The notes: generated by a model not told the origin, from the letters alone. A stretch of DNA of 64,000 nucleotides from Acidimicrobiia bacterium (GCA_965215185.1 OZ244034.1:384001-448000); one strand, 5' to 3'; shown: positions 45,570 to 55,977, counted from the first letter of the stretch. Numbers and translations are program-made.

Positions 45570-47255
45570 TCAGGAGAGCACGGTAACTTGACCCCGGTCG
45601 CCATCCAAGGCCACAATCAAGTCCTCCTTTTGCTCTGATTGCTCTGCATCCTCACCGATCCATTGGCTGATATTTACTCCGCACAGAGCAGGAACAGCAA
45701 GCCATTCAGCCACTTCGAATAGGTGAGCTCCGGGGCTCCCTTCCATTGTCAGGAGGCCCGCGGCATTCCATAGCAGCGGAGCTATGTTGCCGACCGGCAG
45801 GGAGGTGGCGATGACTTCCCGGGCAGAGAACAAAGCGGCGTCGTCGGCGTTGCGGATGAATCTGAGTCGGCCGACACCCCATCCCCCCGCCGCCGGGATT
45901 CCAGCGATGCTTTCACCTTGGGAAGTGACCACACCGTAGATCCATGCATCCCAGTTTGTGGTCCCGATTCGACGCATAGGACTTTGTTGGTCAGGAGGCG
46001 GCTGGTCCAAGTTGTCCGGGTCGAGGTACCAGATCCAGCCGGGGTGGGGAATCACACCGGAAGTGGTAAGTGCCTGCCCCAGTTCCTGGAGATTGTGCAG
46101 GTGCGCGGCAGCGATGCGCCGGTCAACCGACGGATGCCGGGAGATCAGGTCCAGGAGTGGCGAAGAGTCGCCGTTGCGCAACGCCGACCAAGATTGGTCG
46201 AGGTCGGCCAAAGAATCGGTGTGTCCCCAACGCATTGACATCAGGAGCGCAGCGCCTTTCCGAACGTCGCTGATGAGGGTCGTCATAGGCTTGCGGGTCT
46301 GCTCCATCAGTGGGGGGGAGAGGTCTTCGAGGCCGATGGCCCACGACCAGACAAGTTTTTCTCCCACCGGACCCGGGTACCGAATCATCATACGAACCAC
46401 ACCGCTCATCCATGGTTCCCCGTTGTGGACCAGATCGGGTGTCTGGGTTTTCATCCCCTCCAGGCGCATATCAACCTTAGGTTGAGCTTGAACCAGATGG
46501 AGCTTCCCCTTTTGGTCAGCCATCCATTCGATGTGATTGCACTCGATCGTCTCCGCGGTGGCTCTGCTCAGATCGGCGATCTCGCGGAGAAGCCGGGAAC
46601 CCAGGGGCGATGAATCCGCCTGGACGTCGCCGCGGGGAGTGACGATGGCAGTGTGCCCTCTTTCCCAACCGGCCACCAGGCCGGCGGGGTGTCCCGGGAT
46701 GCTGGCCACTGTAACAGTCCCGTCATCTGCGACGGTGGCAACTCCTCCGCAGGTCGGTCGAATCTCGGGCTGGACGAGCACGGCCATTCCTACCTCGTGT
46801 GGTGATGTCCCTGTTACTTCTCCCCGCTTCAGAGTGTTGGGGTTGAAGACCGAAGCCCAGCAGCCTATCACACCCTGAGTGAGTACTTCGGGGCTCGCCC
46901 CCAGATATGACGAGAAGGCTCCGGCCCAGATACCCTCGGCTTCCGCTTGGCTCGATGAACGCACCACCAGGGAATCGCCGAGTTTCCGGGCGCTGTCCGC
47001 AAGATCGAGGAGAAGCAGGGGGGGCTGGTGGTTATAGACCGCCGATCTGGCCGCGCCCGAGTTGTTCGTTGATCTAAGTATCGCTGCCCCTGCACGGATT
47101 ACCGGTACAGAGACATCTACCGGAACCACGAACCCGTTGAGTACCGGCAAACCCCTGGCGCGGGCTGTGGCCAGCCAGCTGGCCTTTGCTCCCACCAGGG
47201 CGGGGTTTTGCGCGTCCGTCTCGTCGAGCCATACCAGACGGGCCACTTCGGGCAT
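45570..47255 (-). CDS. PEP-utilising-enzyme family protein: PPDK-type ATP-binding domain + C-terminal His-swivel domain
   Basis: VGAKASWL, PVLNGFV, VVRSS, AGAFSSYL, CWAS, MAVLVQ, IEW, LVQAQP; C-terminal GSPGAHL (phospho-His). Confidence 0.75.
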   Translation of the reverse strand: MPEVARLVWLDETDAQNPALVGAKASWLATARARGLPVLNGFVVPVDVSVPVIRAGAAILRSTNNSGAARSAVYNHQPPLLLLDLADSARKLGDSLVVRSSSQAEAEGIWAGAFSSYLGASPEVLTQGVIGCWASVFNPNTLKRGEVTGTSPHEVGMAVLVQPEIRPTCGGVATVADDGTVTVASIPGHPAGLVAGWERGHTAIVTPRGDVQADSSPLGSRLLREIADLSRATAETIECNHIEWMADQKGKLHLVQAQPKVDMRLEGMKTQTPDLVHNGEPWMSGVVRMMIRYPGPVGEKLVWSWAIGLEDLSPPLMEQTRKPMTTLISDVRKGAALLMSMRWGHTDSLADLDQSWSALRNGDSSPLLDLISRHPSVDRRIAAAHLHNLQELGQALTTSGVIPHPGWIWYLDPDNLDQPPPDQQSPMRRIGTTNWDAWIYGVVTSQGESIAGIPAAGGWGVGRLRFIRNADDAALFSAREVIATSLPVGNIAPLLWNAAGLLTMEGSPGAHLFEVAEWLAVPALCGVNISQWIGEDAEQSEQKEDLIVALDGDRGQVTVLS

Positions 47256-47257
47256 GG

Positions 47258-48496
47258 TTAGTCCACGACGATTATTTCGTGAGACTTGTAGGTGGAGACC
47301 ATTTCGATCCCCGTTTCGGTCACATACAGCATTTCTTCGAGCCTCACTCCGAAGTCATGAAGTTTTCCGTGCTGGGTTTCTAGGGCGAAAGTCATACCGG
47401 GCTGGATTTCGACAGGGTGGTCCAAAGACCAGATGCGGGAAATCACCGGCGGGTCGTACTGGGCCAAACCCAAGCCGTGACCCCAGAGATTGGCCGCCGC
47501 TTGGTCTTCTTCCTCGTATCCCCAGATCTCCTTGGCGCTCGGCCACTTGGAAGCCACGTCGGCGGTGGTGACCCCCGGGCCGGTGGCTTCGATCGAATCC
47601 CACAGCCACTTGTGTGCCTGGTCGTACACGCGCTGCATCTCGTCGGTCGGCTTTCCACCCACGCAATATGTGCGATAAACGCAACTCTTGAACCCGTTCC
47701 AGGTGAGCGCGGCCAAGTCGATGATCACTAGTTCTCCAGGGCGGATCATCCGGTCGGAGAAGTTTCGCCAGTTGGGCCAGGCGTTGGGGCCTGATGAGAC
47801 GATCACGTCTTCTACGTCCTCCATGCCGGGGATCGAATAGAGCTTTTCGAATCCGAAAGCAGCCACCTGGTTTTCGGTCATCCCCGGTTTGATGAAGTTG
47901 GCTATTTCGTAGTGAACGAAATCGCAGATGGCTCCCACCATCGAAAAAGCTTTGACCTCATCGGGGCTCTTTATGGCCCGCGCCTCCATCATGGGAGTCA
48001 TGCCGTCGGTCCACTCGATTCGGTGCTGCTGGAAGGCCGAGATCAGGTTTATGTCAATAAAGTCGACACCGAGCGGCCTGTCTCTGACCCCGGCGGCCTC
48101 AAGGTCGTTGATCAGGGCCTTTGTGAACTTGTTGACCTGTTGGGTGGAGGCGGGGCCTACCGCGCCTTTGATCCAAGCGTACGAGTAGCGGATGTTCTCC
48201 TTGGGGATCCACGGATTGTGGACCTTCAGGTGGAATCCGATGTCGCCCTGTTCGTAGACGATCGGTGGTTGGTCCTCGATCAGGACCACATAGCGAAGAC
48301 CGGGCTTGAGCCGGTTCCATCCAGGAGTCAGGGTGGACGAGACATAGCGCATGTTCTCGTCGTAGAAGAGGAGCATGGCCCCCAGCCCGTGGCGCTTCAT
48401 CGCTTCGTGGGCTCTCTTCAACCGCCACTTTCGGACGGCGTCCCAGTTGATGCCCTCTTTCCAGTCCGTGCTCAAGACCCCGAACGCTTCCCGCAT
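47258..48496 (-). CDS. M24 family enzyme, Xaa-Pro peptidase/creatinase-like
   Basis: NMRYVS, IKSPDEV, GHGLGL, ALET, RLEEM; GFKSCVYRT. Confidence 0.88.
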   Translation of the reverse strand: MREAFGVLSTDWKEGINWDAVRKWRLKRAHEAMKRHGLGAMLLFYDENMRYVSSTLTPGWNRLKPGLRYVVLIEDQPPIVYEQGDIGFHLKVHNPWIPKENIRYSYAWIKGAVGPASTQQVNKFTKALINDLEAAGVRDRPLGVDFIDINLISAFQQHRIEWTDGMTPMMEARAIKSPDEVKAFSMVGAICDFVHYEIANFIKPGMTENQVAAFGFEKLYSIPGMEDVEDVIVSSGPNAWPNWRNFSDRMIRPGELVIIDLAALTWNGFKSCVYRTYCVGGKPTDEMQRVYDQAHKWLWDSIEATGPGVTTADVASKWPSAKEIWGYEEEDQAAANLWGHGLGLAQYDPPVISRIWSLDHPVEIQPGMTFALETQHGKLHDFGVRLEEMLYVTETGIEMVSTYKSHEIIVVD

Positions 48497-48565
48497 ATCT
48501 TTCCTTGTTCGACTGCTGTGAAATCATACTTGCGGACACCTGGACGGGGGAGTGAAGAGGCTGGT

Positions 48566-49567
48566 TCAGGCGGTGAGAAGAACCTTGAGGTGTTCCCCTC
48601 TATTAGCAGCGGCGAAGGCGGAGGTGGCATCCTCCAGGGAATAGGTGGCGGTCACCAACGGAGCCAGTTGAATCCGGTCCGCGGCGGCGAGAGCAATGGC
48701 GGCGTCATAGTCACGGGGTCGCGCCGCTCTCGGGTTGTGGAGGGTGATTTCTTTGAAATAGAGCTGGTAGTAGGGCATTTTCGTGCCTCCACCGGTGACG
48801 GTGCCGTAGACGATCACATCCCCGCCGGAGCCGCAGAGTTCGATCGCCTGCACCACTGTGGCTTCCGTTCCTACCGCCTCTATAACCAAGTCCGGGCCCC
48901 GCCCCCCAGATACCCTGGCCACGACATCGGCCGCCCCATCCGGGGTGGCAACTGCGTCGGCGCCGAGTTTCCTGGCCATATCCAGTTTCCACGAGGACCG
49001 GGTGATGCCGATTACCAGGCCGACACCCCGTTCTCGAAGTAGTTGAACATGCAGCAAACCGGACACTCCCAAGCCGATAACTACCGCCACCATCTCGCTA
49101 GAAACCGCCACTGTCTGCTGAGAATGGACCACCGTGCCCAGTACTTGCAGGAGACCCGCGGCGTCCGATGGGATCTGCTCGGGGACCACATGAAGGAAAC
49201 GTTCCTCGATTTCTAATTCCTCTGTAAACACCCCGTCGAAATCTCTTCCCAACAACCCACCGCGGTGACAGAGGTGAGGCCTGTCTTTGCGGCACAGATG
49301 GCAGGCGCCACAGTGGATGCCGGGGTTAATCAGAACTCTCGTTCCCGCAGCGATCTTCCCGTCCGAAGTTGCCACCTCCACGGTTCCCACCAGTTCGTGC
49401 CCTAGCACTCGGGGGTAGCCGATCCGTGTTGAACCATCAAGGATCTTGAGGTCCGTTCCACAGATCCCGGCCCGCTCCAGGCGCACCAACGATCCCTTCC
49501 CCTCCCGCGGGGAAGCGACTTCCACGATTTGGAGCCTGCCTGGCCCCGCGGTTTGAACGGCTCTCAA
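48566..49567 (-). CDS. Zinc-dependent (MDR) alcohol dehydrogenase
   Basis: GICGTD, GHE, CGACHLC...C structural Zn site, GLGVSG. Confidence 0.92.
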   Translation of the reverse strand: MRAVQTAGPGRLQIVEVASPREGKGSLVRLERAGICGTDLKILDGSTRIGYPRVLGHELVGTVEVATSDGKIAAGTRVLINPGIHCGACHLCRKDRPHLCHRGGLLGRDFDGVFTEELEIEERFLHVVPEQIPSDAAGLLQVLGTVVHSQQTVAVSSEMVAVVIGLGVSGLLHVQLLRERGVGLVIGITRSSWKLDMARKLGADAVATPDGAADVVARVSGGRGPDLVIEAVGTEATVVQAIELCGSGGDVIVYGTVTGGGTKMPYYQLYFKEITLHNPRAARPRDYDAAIALAAADRIQLAPLVTATYSLEDATSAFAAANRGEHLKVLLTA

Positions 49568-49796
49568 CGCTTCACCCTTTCACCTGCTCAGCGCGGAGAC
49601 TACCGCGATATCTGCTTGGAACCCTGGGCCAGCGTCCGCCCACTCACCTAGCCTTCCCACCTGTAGGTCGGGTGTCAGGTTAATGGCAATTAACATGGCT
49701 GGTGTCGATCCCAGGCGCCACGCTTCTCCGTGATCCTTGGATGCGCCTAGGGCGGGGTGTGGCGTGTATATCGTGGGGCGGGATGAAAGCCTGCCG

Positions 49797-50729
49797 GTGA
49801 CCGACCAACACACTTCTCCACCGGGGTCTCGACTTTTTTACTATTTCTTGTTGGGCGGGATTGTATTGATTTTGGGCTTTAACTGGCCGATATTGGACAG
49901 AGGGGTGGACCTTATCCCACCTTTTTGGCTGGTTACCTTCCGTCTGTTGGGGGGAGCGTTGGTCGGATTCGGGATGAACGCCGGCGCCCGTCAGCGGGCT
50001 TCCTTTCCCCGCCGGGATTGGAAGATCGTCCCGATATTGGGCTTTTTCCGCCTCGCCGCCGTCGCCGGGTTGACGTTCTTCGCCCTTCAAATCCTGCCTC
50101 CCGGCCGGTCCTCCATCCTGGTTTGGACCAGCACCCTGTGGACGGTTCCTCTGGCGGTCGCCTTTCTGGGAGAGCGGATGTCCCGGATGCAGGTGAGCGG
50201 CCTGGCGATTGGGATGGTGGGGGTGGGGTTGGTTTTCGAGCCTTGGGAACTGAGTCTCTCCGAGCCGCGGGTGATCTGGGGCTATTTGATGCTGCTGGGC
50301 GCCGCGCTGTCCGTAGCGTGGACCTCCGTGTACATCCGGGGCCATTCCTGGGGAGCGAATCCTTTGGCTTCCACCCCCTGGCAGATGCTGGCCGGGGCGG
50401 TTCCCGTCTTGGTCCTGGCGTTGGCTGTGGACGGGGCTCCCGATGTCCAATGGACCTGGGAGTCGGGGGGTATCGTGGCTTATCAGATCACACTGGGCGG
50501 CCCGCTTGCGCTTTGGGGGCGGCTGACGGCTTTTCGACATATCTCGGCGATCTCGGTCAACCTGACCTTGATGGCCACCCCGGTGGTGGGACTGCTGGCC
50601 TCGTGGTGGTTGGTCGATGAGATGCTCACCCTGACGGTGGTAGGGGGGCTGGCTCTGATCATTGCCGGGGCGGCGGCCAACATAAGGGGAGACGAGAACG
50701 TCTGGCCTTTGCGTTCCGGTCTGGCATGA
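49797..50729 (+). CDS. DMT/EamA family transporter
   Basis: GFNWP, FR, FLGERM, TPVVG; multiple TM segments; GTG start inferred from the paralog alignment. Confidence 0.88.
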   Translation: MTDQHTSPPGSRLFYYFLLGGIVLILGFNWPILDRGVDLIPPFWLVTFRLLGGALVGFGMNAGARQRASFPRRDWKIVPILGFFRLAAVAGLTFFALQILPPGRSSILVWTSTLWTVPLAVAFLGERMSRMQVSGLAIGMVGVGLVFEPWELSLSEPRVIWGYLMLLGAALSVAWTSVYIRGHSWGANPLASTPWQMLAGAVPVLVLALAVDGAPDVQWTWESGGIVAYQITLGGPLALWGRLTAFRHISAISVNLTLMATPVVGLLASWWLVDEMLTLTVVGGLALIIAGAAANIRGDENVWPLRSGLA

Positions 50730-51937
50730 GTCTCGGGTCCTGCATGAGGCCAAAGTCCCGAAGAGAGCAACTGGTTTTGCTGATTACGCTCAGCTGTTTT
50801 GGTAGCACTCACTTGTCTGTGCTGCCGCCTGCCCTGCCCGAGTTGGCCGAGGTGTTTGGAGTTTCCATCGCCGCGATTGGCTGGGTCCAAGGTTCGGCAG
50901 TGATACCTGGGATCATTTGCTCGGCTCTGATTGGTTTTCTTGCCGACCGGTTCGGAGCAAAACGGGTAGTGCTGACCTGCGTGATTGTTTTCACCGTGTT
51001 TGGCGCCGCGGGCTTCTTTGCTTCATCCTTTTCAATGCTGCTCGGGCTTCGCATGTTGCAGGGATTGGGGACCTCGGGGGTTCTGGGGTTGTCAATCGCT
51101 TTGATCGGTGAACTTATCGAGGACGACAAGGACCGTACTCGGGCGCTGGGACTCAACCTTGCCTTCATCTACATCATCCAGATGGTCATCCCTGTCACCT
51201 CTGGTGTCCTGGCCGCAGGCGGCGTCTTTCGCCCTTTTCTGCTCTATCTGCTGGGCGCGCCAATCGGCATCTGGGCGCTCCGGTTGGCGATTGGACAGCC
51301 CAAGGGAACCGCGTCTTCTCCTTTCCGGCACGCCCGGGAGGCTCGCGAAGACATGCGCCGCCGCCAAACCGGGGTGGATACGTTGGGGTTGATAGCCGTG
51401 AGCATCCTGGCCATGGTGGTGCTTCACGGGATTGCGTTCACAGCTATTCCATTGCTTTTGGATGAAGTGTTCGGAACGGGGAGCGCGGTGCGGGGTGTGG
51501 TGATCTCAGCCTTCCAGGTGGGGGCCATAGTTACCACTCTGGTGGTGGTGCGGATGTTTTCCGGGCGGATATCGGGTCGGGTGATGAGCGCCGGTATCTG
51601 GTTGATGGCCATCGGCCTGGCCCTGGTGTTTGTGGCAGGCTCTCCTACGTTGGTGGCTTTGGGTCTGGCGGTTAGCGGCGCGGGGTTCGGGTTGGTGTAC
51701 ACCCTGGCGCAGCGGGACGCCATTGCCTCTGTCTCCCTGGCCTATCGGGGACTGGTGTTTCTAACTTTGGTGACAGGAGTGAGGGTCGCTCAAATGGTTG
51801 GACCTCCTACAGCGTCGCTTGTCACCGATGTAATGGGTCCTCGTTCGTCACTGTTGATCACTGCGGTAATCACTGCCCTGGCTGCCGTTATTTGGCGCCC
51901 GCTCCGTCATTGGGTTCGCAAGTTGGCCTATCCATAG
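50726..51937 (+). CDS. MFS transporter
   Basis: PALPELA, GFLADRFGAKRV motif A, RMLQGLG. Confidence 0.9.
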   Translation: MSLGSCMRPKSRREQLVLLITLSCFGSTHLSVLPPALPELAEVFGVSIAAIGWVQGSAVIPGIICSALIGFLADRFGAKRVVLTCVIVFTVFGAAGFFASSFSMLLGLRMLQGLGTSGVLGLSIALIGELIEDDKDRTRALGLNLAFIYIIQMVIPVTSGVLAAGGVFRPFLLYLLGAPIGIWALRLAIGQPKGTASSPFRHAREAREDMRRRQTGVDTLGLIAVSILAMVVLHGIAFTAIPLLLDEVFGTGSAVRGVVISAFQVGAIVTTLVVVRMFSGRISGRVMSAGIWLMAIGLALVFVAGSPTLVALGLAVSGAGFGLVYTLAQRDAIASVSLAYRGLVFLTLVTGVRVAQMVGPPTASLVTDVMGPRSSLLITAVITALAAVIWRPLRHWVRKLAYP

Positions 51938-52224
51938 GGGGCCCGGTGTTCGGAGGTGTCCCACAGGGGTTTGTGGGCCAGCGGCTTATCTGGAGAAAGC
52001 CTTTTGCAAAGGGATATTGGTGACGGATGGCACGGTACGCCGAAGAAGTCTCTATCAGGTTCAATAGCCGGTCGTCCTCCTGGTGTTTTCCGTTCGGATG
52101 GTTGATGGTCTGTGACTGATCGTCGGTCTTCGGTGTGAGGATTATTGGGTTGGGGCGAAGGCTTGGGAGGGCCGACCAAGGTTCATTTGCGGGGTCTATC
52201 GTAGGCGGGAATGAAAGCTCGCCG

Positions 52225-53157
52225 GTGACATTTAACCCAGCCTCGCCGTCGGCCTCTCGGTTGTTTTGCTATTTCTTGTTGGGCTCGGTGGTGCTGAGTT
52301 TGGGTTTCAACTGGCCCATTATCGCCATGGGGGTGGACGTCATCTCGCCCCTGTGGCTCATGACCTTTCGCTTCTGGGGGGGAGCGTTGGTGGGATTCGG
52401 GATGAACGCCTTGGCCGGTCAGCGGGCTTCCTTTCCCCGCCAGGACTGGACGATCGTGCCGATACTGGGGATTCTTCGGTTGGGCGTCATCTATGTGCTT
52501 ATTTTTTACGCCCTGCAGTTTCTTCCTCCCGGAAGGTCTGGCATCCTGGTTTGGACGGGCACCCTATGGACCGTCCCTATTGCGATGATTTTCTTGCGGG
52601 AGCGGATGTCCAGGATGCAGATAGCTGGACTGACGGTGGGGATGGTGGGACTGGTGATAGTCGTGGACCCCGGGACGCTGAGTGTGGCCGAGCCCAGGAT
52701 CGTTTGGGGCTACGTTATGTTGATGGGAGCCGCTCTGTCGGTGGCTTGGACCTCTGTGTATATCCGGGCGCACAGATGGGGGGCCAATGCCCTGGCCTCC
52801 ACTCCGTGGCAACTGCTGGCTGGTGGGATTCCCTCTCTGGCTGCGGCTCTGGCTATCGATGGGATCCCCGACATCCGATGGACCTGGGGGCTGGTGTTGA
52901 TCGTGGTGTATCAGACAACACTGGCTAGCCCGCTGGCGGTGTGGGGGCAGTTGGAGGCCTTTCGCCGTCTACCGGCGATTTCGGTCAACCTGACCTTGAT
53001 GGCAACCCCCGTGGTGGGACTGTTGTCTTCGTGGTGGTTGGTGGATGAGCAGCTGACACTGGGAGTGGTTGTGGGGTTAGCTCTTCTCACCGCGGGAGTT
53101 GCAGCCAACCTACTGGGTGATGAGAACATTCGTCCGGTTCGCTCTGGCCTTACATGA
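52225..53157 (+). CDS. DMT/EamA family transporter (paralog of 49797)
   Basis: Shares GFNWPI, QRASFP, PPGRS, ERMSRMQ, ISVNLTLMATPVVGL with the first copy. Confidence 0.88.
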   Translation: MTFNPASPSASRLFCYFLLGSVVLSLGFNWPIIAMGVDVISPLWLMTFRFWGGALVGFGMNALAGQRASFPRQDWTIVPILGILRLGVIYVLIFYALQFLPPGRSGILVWTGTLWTVPIAMIFLRERMSRMQIAGLTVGMVGLVIVVDPGTLSVAEPRIVWGYVMLMGAALSVAWTSVYIRAHRWGANALASTPWQLLAGGIPSLAAALAIDGIPDIRWTWGLVLIVVYQTTLASPLAVWGQLEAFRRLPAISVNLTLMATPVVGLLSSWWLVDEQLTLGVVVGLALLTAGVAANLLGDENIRPVRSGLT

Positions 53158-54347
53158 ATCCCCTCTCGCGAAAAGAACAATTCGCCCTCTTGGTGTCGGT
53201 CAGTTGCCTGACCACTACCACACTGCCGGTACTCTCACCCGCCCTTCCCGAACTAGCCGACGCCCTGGGAGTGTCGATCACGGTCATCGGATGGGTTCAG
53301 GGCGCCGCCTCCTTCCCCGGGATCCTGACCGCGGTTCTGGTGGGTTACCTCGCTGATCGCTTTGGGGGGAGGCGAGTAGTAGTGGTTTGTGTGGCGACTT
53401 TTACGCTTTTCGGAGTGGCCGGGCTTTTCGCTAGTTCATTTCCGATGTTGATCGGTTTGCGGCTGCTGCAGGGCCTGGGAACTCCGGGACTAATGGGCCT
53501 TTCAATCGCGTTGATAGGTGAACTCTTTGAGGACGAGAAGGATCGAATGCGCTTTTTGGGAATGAATCTTGCATTCGTCTTCATGGTGCAAATGATCATG
53601 CCGGCTATATCGGGAATCATTGCGGCGGGTGGCGCCTTCCGTCCTTTTCTCATCTATCTGGCAGGGGTGCCCATCGGGTTGTGGGCGCTGCGGTTGAAAG
53701 TGGGTCGGCCCAAAGGAGTTGCTTCCTCTCCGCTGCGTCATGTCCGCGCTGCACGGGAAGACATGCATCGCAGACGGACAGGTGTGGATCTGCTGGGGCT
53801 GGTGGCCGTCACCGGCTTGGGGGTATTGGTAAACGCGGGGGCCTCAATGACGGCGGTGCCGCTGTTCTTGAACGAGGTATTCGGGACGGGGACCGCCGGG
53901 CGGGGCCTGGTGGTATCCGCTTTCCAGGCCGGGGCCATCGTAACGGCCTTGGGCGTCTTGCGGTTCATCAAGGGACGGATGTCGAGCCGGATGATGACGA
54001 TAGGCCTGTGGTTGATGGCCATTGGTTTGCTGGTGGTCTTCCTCGCAGCCTTTCCTGTGATCGTCTCTTTGGGTTTGGCGCTGGCCGGGGCGGGGTTCGG
54101 GTTGGTGGTGACTTTGGCGCAACGGGATGCGATAGCGTCGGCCTCCATTACCTATCGCGGGCTGGTGGTGCTCACCTGGGTGGCCGGAGTGCGGGTTTCT
54201 CAAGTCATCGGCCCGCCAGCCGCGTCTTTGGTTACCGGCTTGATTGGTCCTCGGTCCTCTTTTCTGATAATTGCAGCTATTGTCGCTTCTGCTGCCGTCA
54301 CCTGGCGTCCCCTCCGTAGGTGGCTTAAGCGGGTGGTATACGGGTAG
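53154..54347 (+). CDS. MFS transporter (paralog of 50726)
   Basis: GYLADRFGGRRV, RLLQGLG, TLAQRDAIAS shared with the first copy. Confidence 0.9.
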   Translation: MNPLSRKEQFALLVSVSCLTTTTLPVLSPALPELADALGVSITVIGWVQGAASFPGILTAVLVGYLADRFGGRRVVVVCVATFTLFGVAGLFASSFPMLIGLRLLQGLGTPGLMGLSIALIGELFEDEKDRMRFLGMNLAFVFMVQMIMPAISGIIAAGGAFRPFLIYLAGVPIGLWALRLKVGRPKGVASSPLRHVRAAREDMHRRRTGVDLLGLVAVTGLGVLVNAGASMTAVPLFLNEVFGTGTAGRGLVVSAFQAGAIVTALGVLRFIKGRMSSRMMTIGLWLMAIGLLVVFLAAFPVIVSLGLALAGAGFGLVVTLAQRDAIASASITYRGLVVLTWVAGVRVSQVIGPPAASLVTGLIGPRSSFLIIAAIVASAAVTWRPLRRWLKRVVYG

Positions 54348-54401
54348 TGGTGGTCTTTCGAGAACGGTCGTGAAGCCCGCCGGAAACAGTAAGGTGAGCG
54401 T

Positions 54402-55859
54402 ATGACAAAACTTCCACAAATAGGTTCCGCTGCGGCGGTGGCAGAGGGAGATTCACCGGTTCTGGTGGTCCCGATGGGCGCCGACCGCCATCCCGGCCCC
54501 GGCGCCGAATACGTATTGGATCAACTGGGCTTATGGGTGGATGAACACCTGGAAGCCGTGGGGTTCTCCGGCAAACCTGGAGAACAGGCGGTGATCCCAA
54601 CCGCAGGAGCGCTCCCGTATAGCTGGGTGGTGATGGTGGGGGTGGGGGATGACCCCGACCACGAGACGGTGCGCCGCGCCTCGGCCACGGCCCTGCGGGC
54701 CGCTCCCCGAACCGAACGCCTGGTTACCACTCTCCATCAGCTATCAACTCCTGGCGCCTTGGGCGCGACTGCGGAGGGAGCACTCATGGCCGGATATCGC
54801 TATGAGGCCTATAAGAGCGAACCGTCGGAGCATCCCCTGCCGGAGGTGTTGTTGGCTGCGCCACTCTCGGCGGACTGGACGGAGACGGTCGAGCAGGCCC
54901 GAGTGGTGGCGGAAGCGGTGGCCACCGCCCGAGATTGGGTCAACCAGCCTTCCCTCGATAAAGGGCCCGCCGACCTCGCCGAACGCATCTCCGCGTTGGC
55001 GGTCGAGGCGGGGATGACGGCCGAGATCTGGGATGATGATCGGCTTCGAGAGGAGGGAATGGGTGGGATACTGTCGGTGGGACGGGGATCGCACCGCCCG
55101 CCTCGGCTGGTCCGATTGGAAGGCCCCGGGGAAGGCCCGAGATTGACCCTGGTCGGGAAGGGCATCACCTTCGACTCCGGCGGGCTGTCTCTAAAGCCGG
55201 CCAAGAGCATGGAGACAATGAAGACCGATATGGCGGGAGCGGCCGCGGTGGTCGCCGCCGGGGTGGCCATCACCCGACTGGGTCTGAATGTGAAAGTCGA
55301 AGTGATTGTCGCTCTGGCCGAGAATCTGCCCGGAGGAGCGGCGTCCCGGCCCGGGGATGTGTTCACCGCTCGCAACGGGAAGACAGTGGAAGTGATGAAC
55401 ACCGACGCCGAGGGACGTCTGGTTCTGGCCGACGCGCTGAGTCTGGCTGCCGAAGGATCACCGAAACTAGTGGTAGACGTGGCCACTCTCACCGGGGCCT
55501 GTGTAGTGGCGCTCGGCCTCGAATATGCGGGGCTGTTCGGGTCGGAGGAGTCTCGTCAGGTGGTGGACGAGGCGGCAAAGGCGGCGGGAGAGCGCGTTTG
55601 GCCGCTCCCGCTTCCCGAGGACTACCGGAAGATGCTTGACTCCCCGGTCGCTGACATGAAGAACATCGGCGGCAGCTGGGGCGGCGCCATCACTGCGGCG
55701 CTGTTCCTTAAGGAATTCGTCGGAGATCACCAGTGGGCGCACCTGGACATCGCGGGCCCGGCTCGATCCGGCAAGACCGCTCACTATCTGTCGGAAGGCG
55801 CCACCGGATTCGGGGTGCGAACCTTGGTCCAGCTTGCCTCCAACATGGCGCAAAACTGA
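54402..55859 (+). CDS. pepA: Leucyl aminopeptidase (M17)
   Basis: GKGITFDSGG, MKTDMAGAA, NTDAEGRL, ATLTGA, HLDIAG. Confidence 0.96.
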   Translation: MTKLPQIGSAAAVAEGDSPVLVVPMGADRHPGPGAEYVLDQLGLWVDEHLEAVGFSGKPGEQAVIPTAGALPYSWVVMVGVGDDPDHETVRRASATALRAAPRTERLVTTLHQLSTPGALGATAEGALMAGYRYEAYKSEPSEHPLPEVLLAAPLSADWTETVEQARVVAEAVATARDWVNQPSLDKGPADLAERISALAVEAGMTAEIWDDDRLREEGMGGILSVGRGSHRPPRLVRLEGPGEGPRLTLVGKGITFDSGGLSLKPAKSMETMKTDMAGAAAVVAAGVAITRLGLNVKVEVIVALAENLPGGAASRPGDVFTARNGKTVEVMNTDAEGRLVLADALSLAAEGSPKLVVDVATLTGACVVALGLEYAGLFGSEESRQVVDEAAKAAGERVWPLPLPEDYRKMLDSPVADMKNIGGSWGGAITAALFLKEFVGDHQWAHLDIAGPARSGKTAHYLSEGATGFGVRTLVQLASNMAQN

Positions 55860-55977
55860 CCCTACGGCCTTTTCGCGATAACTACCTGAAGGTCGCGATA
55901 CAACACCTAATAGACACCTCCAGCCGTCTGCTTTCAAATAGCTAGCGTGTGGTCTTGCCACCGAGCAGGGAGGGAAA

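Noticed and set aside
45570-47255. Annotation as ppsA/ppdK or as a rifampin resistance gene
   Set aside because: It lacks the C-terminal PEP-binding barrel, and its middle domain is far shorter than the rifampin-binding domain.
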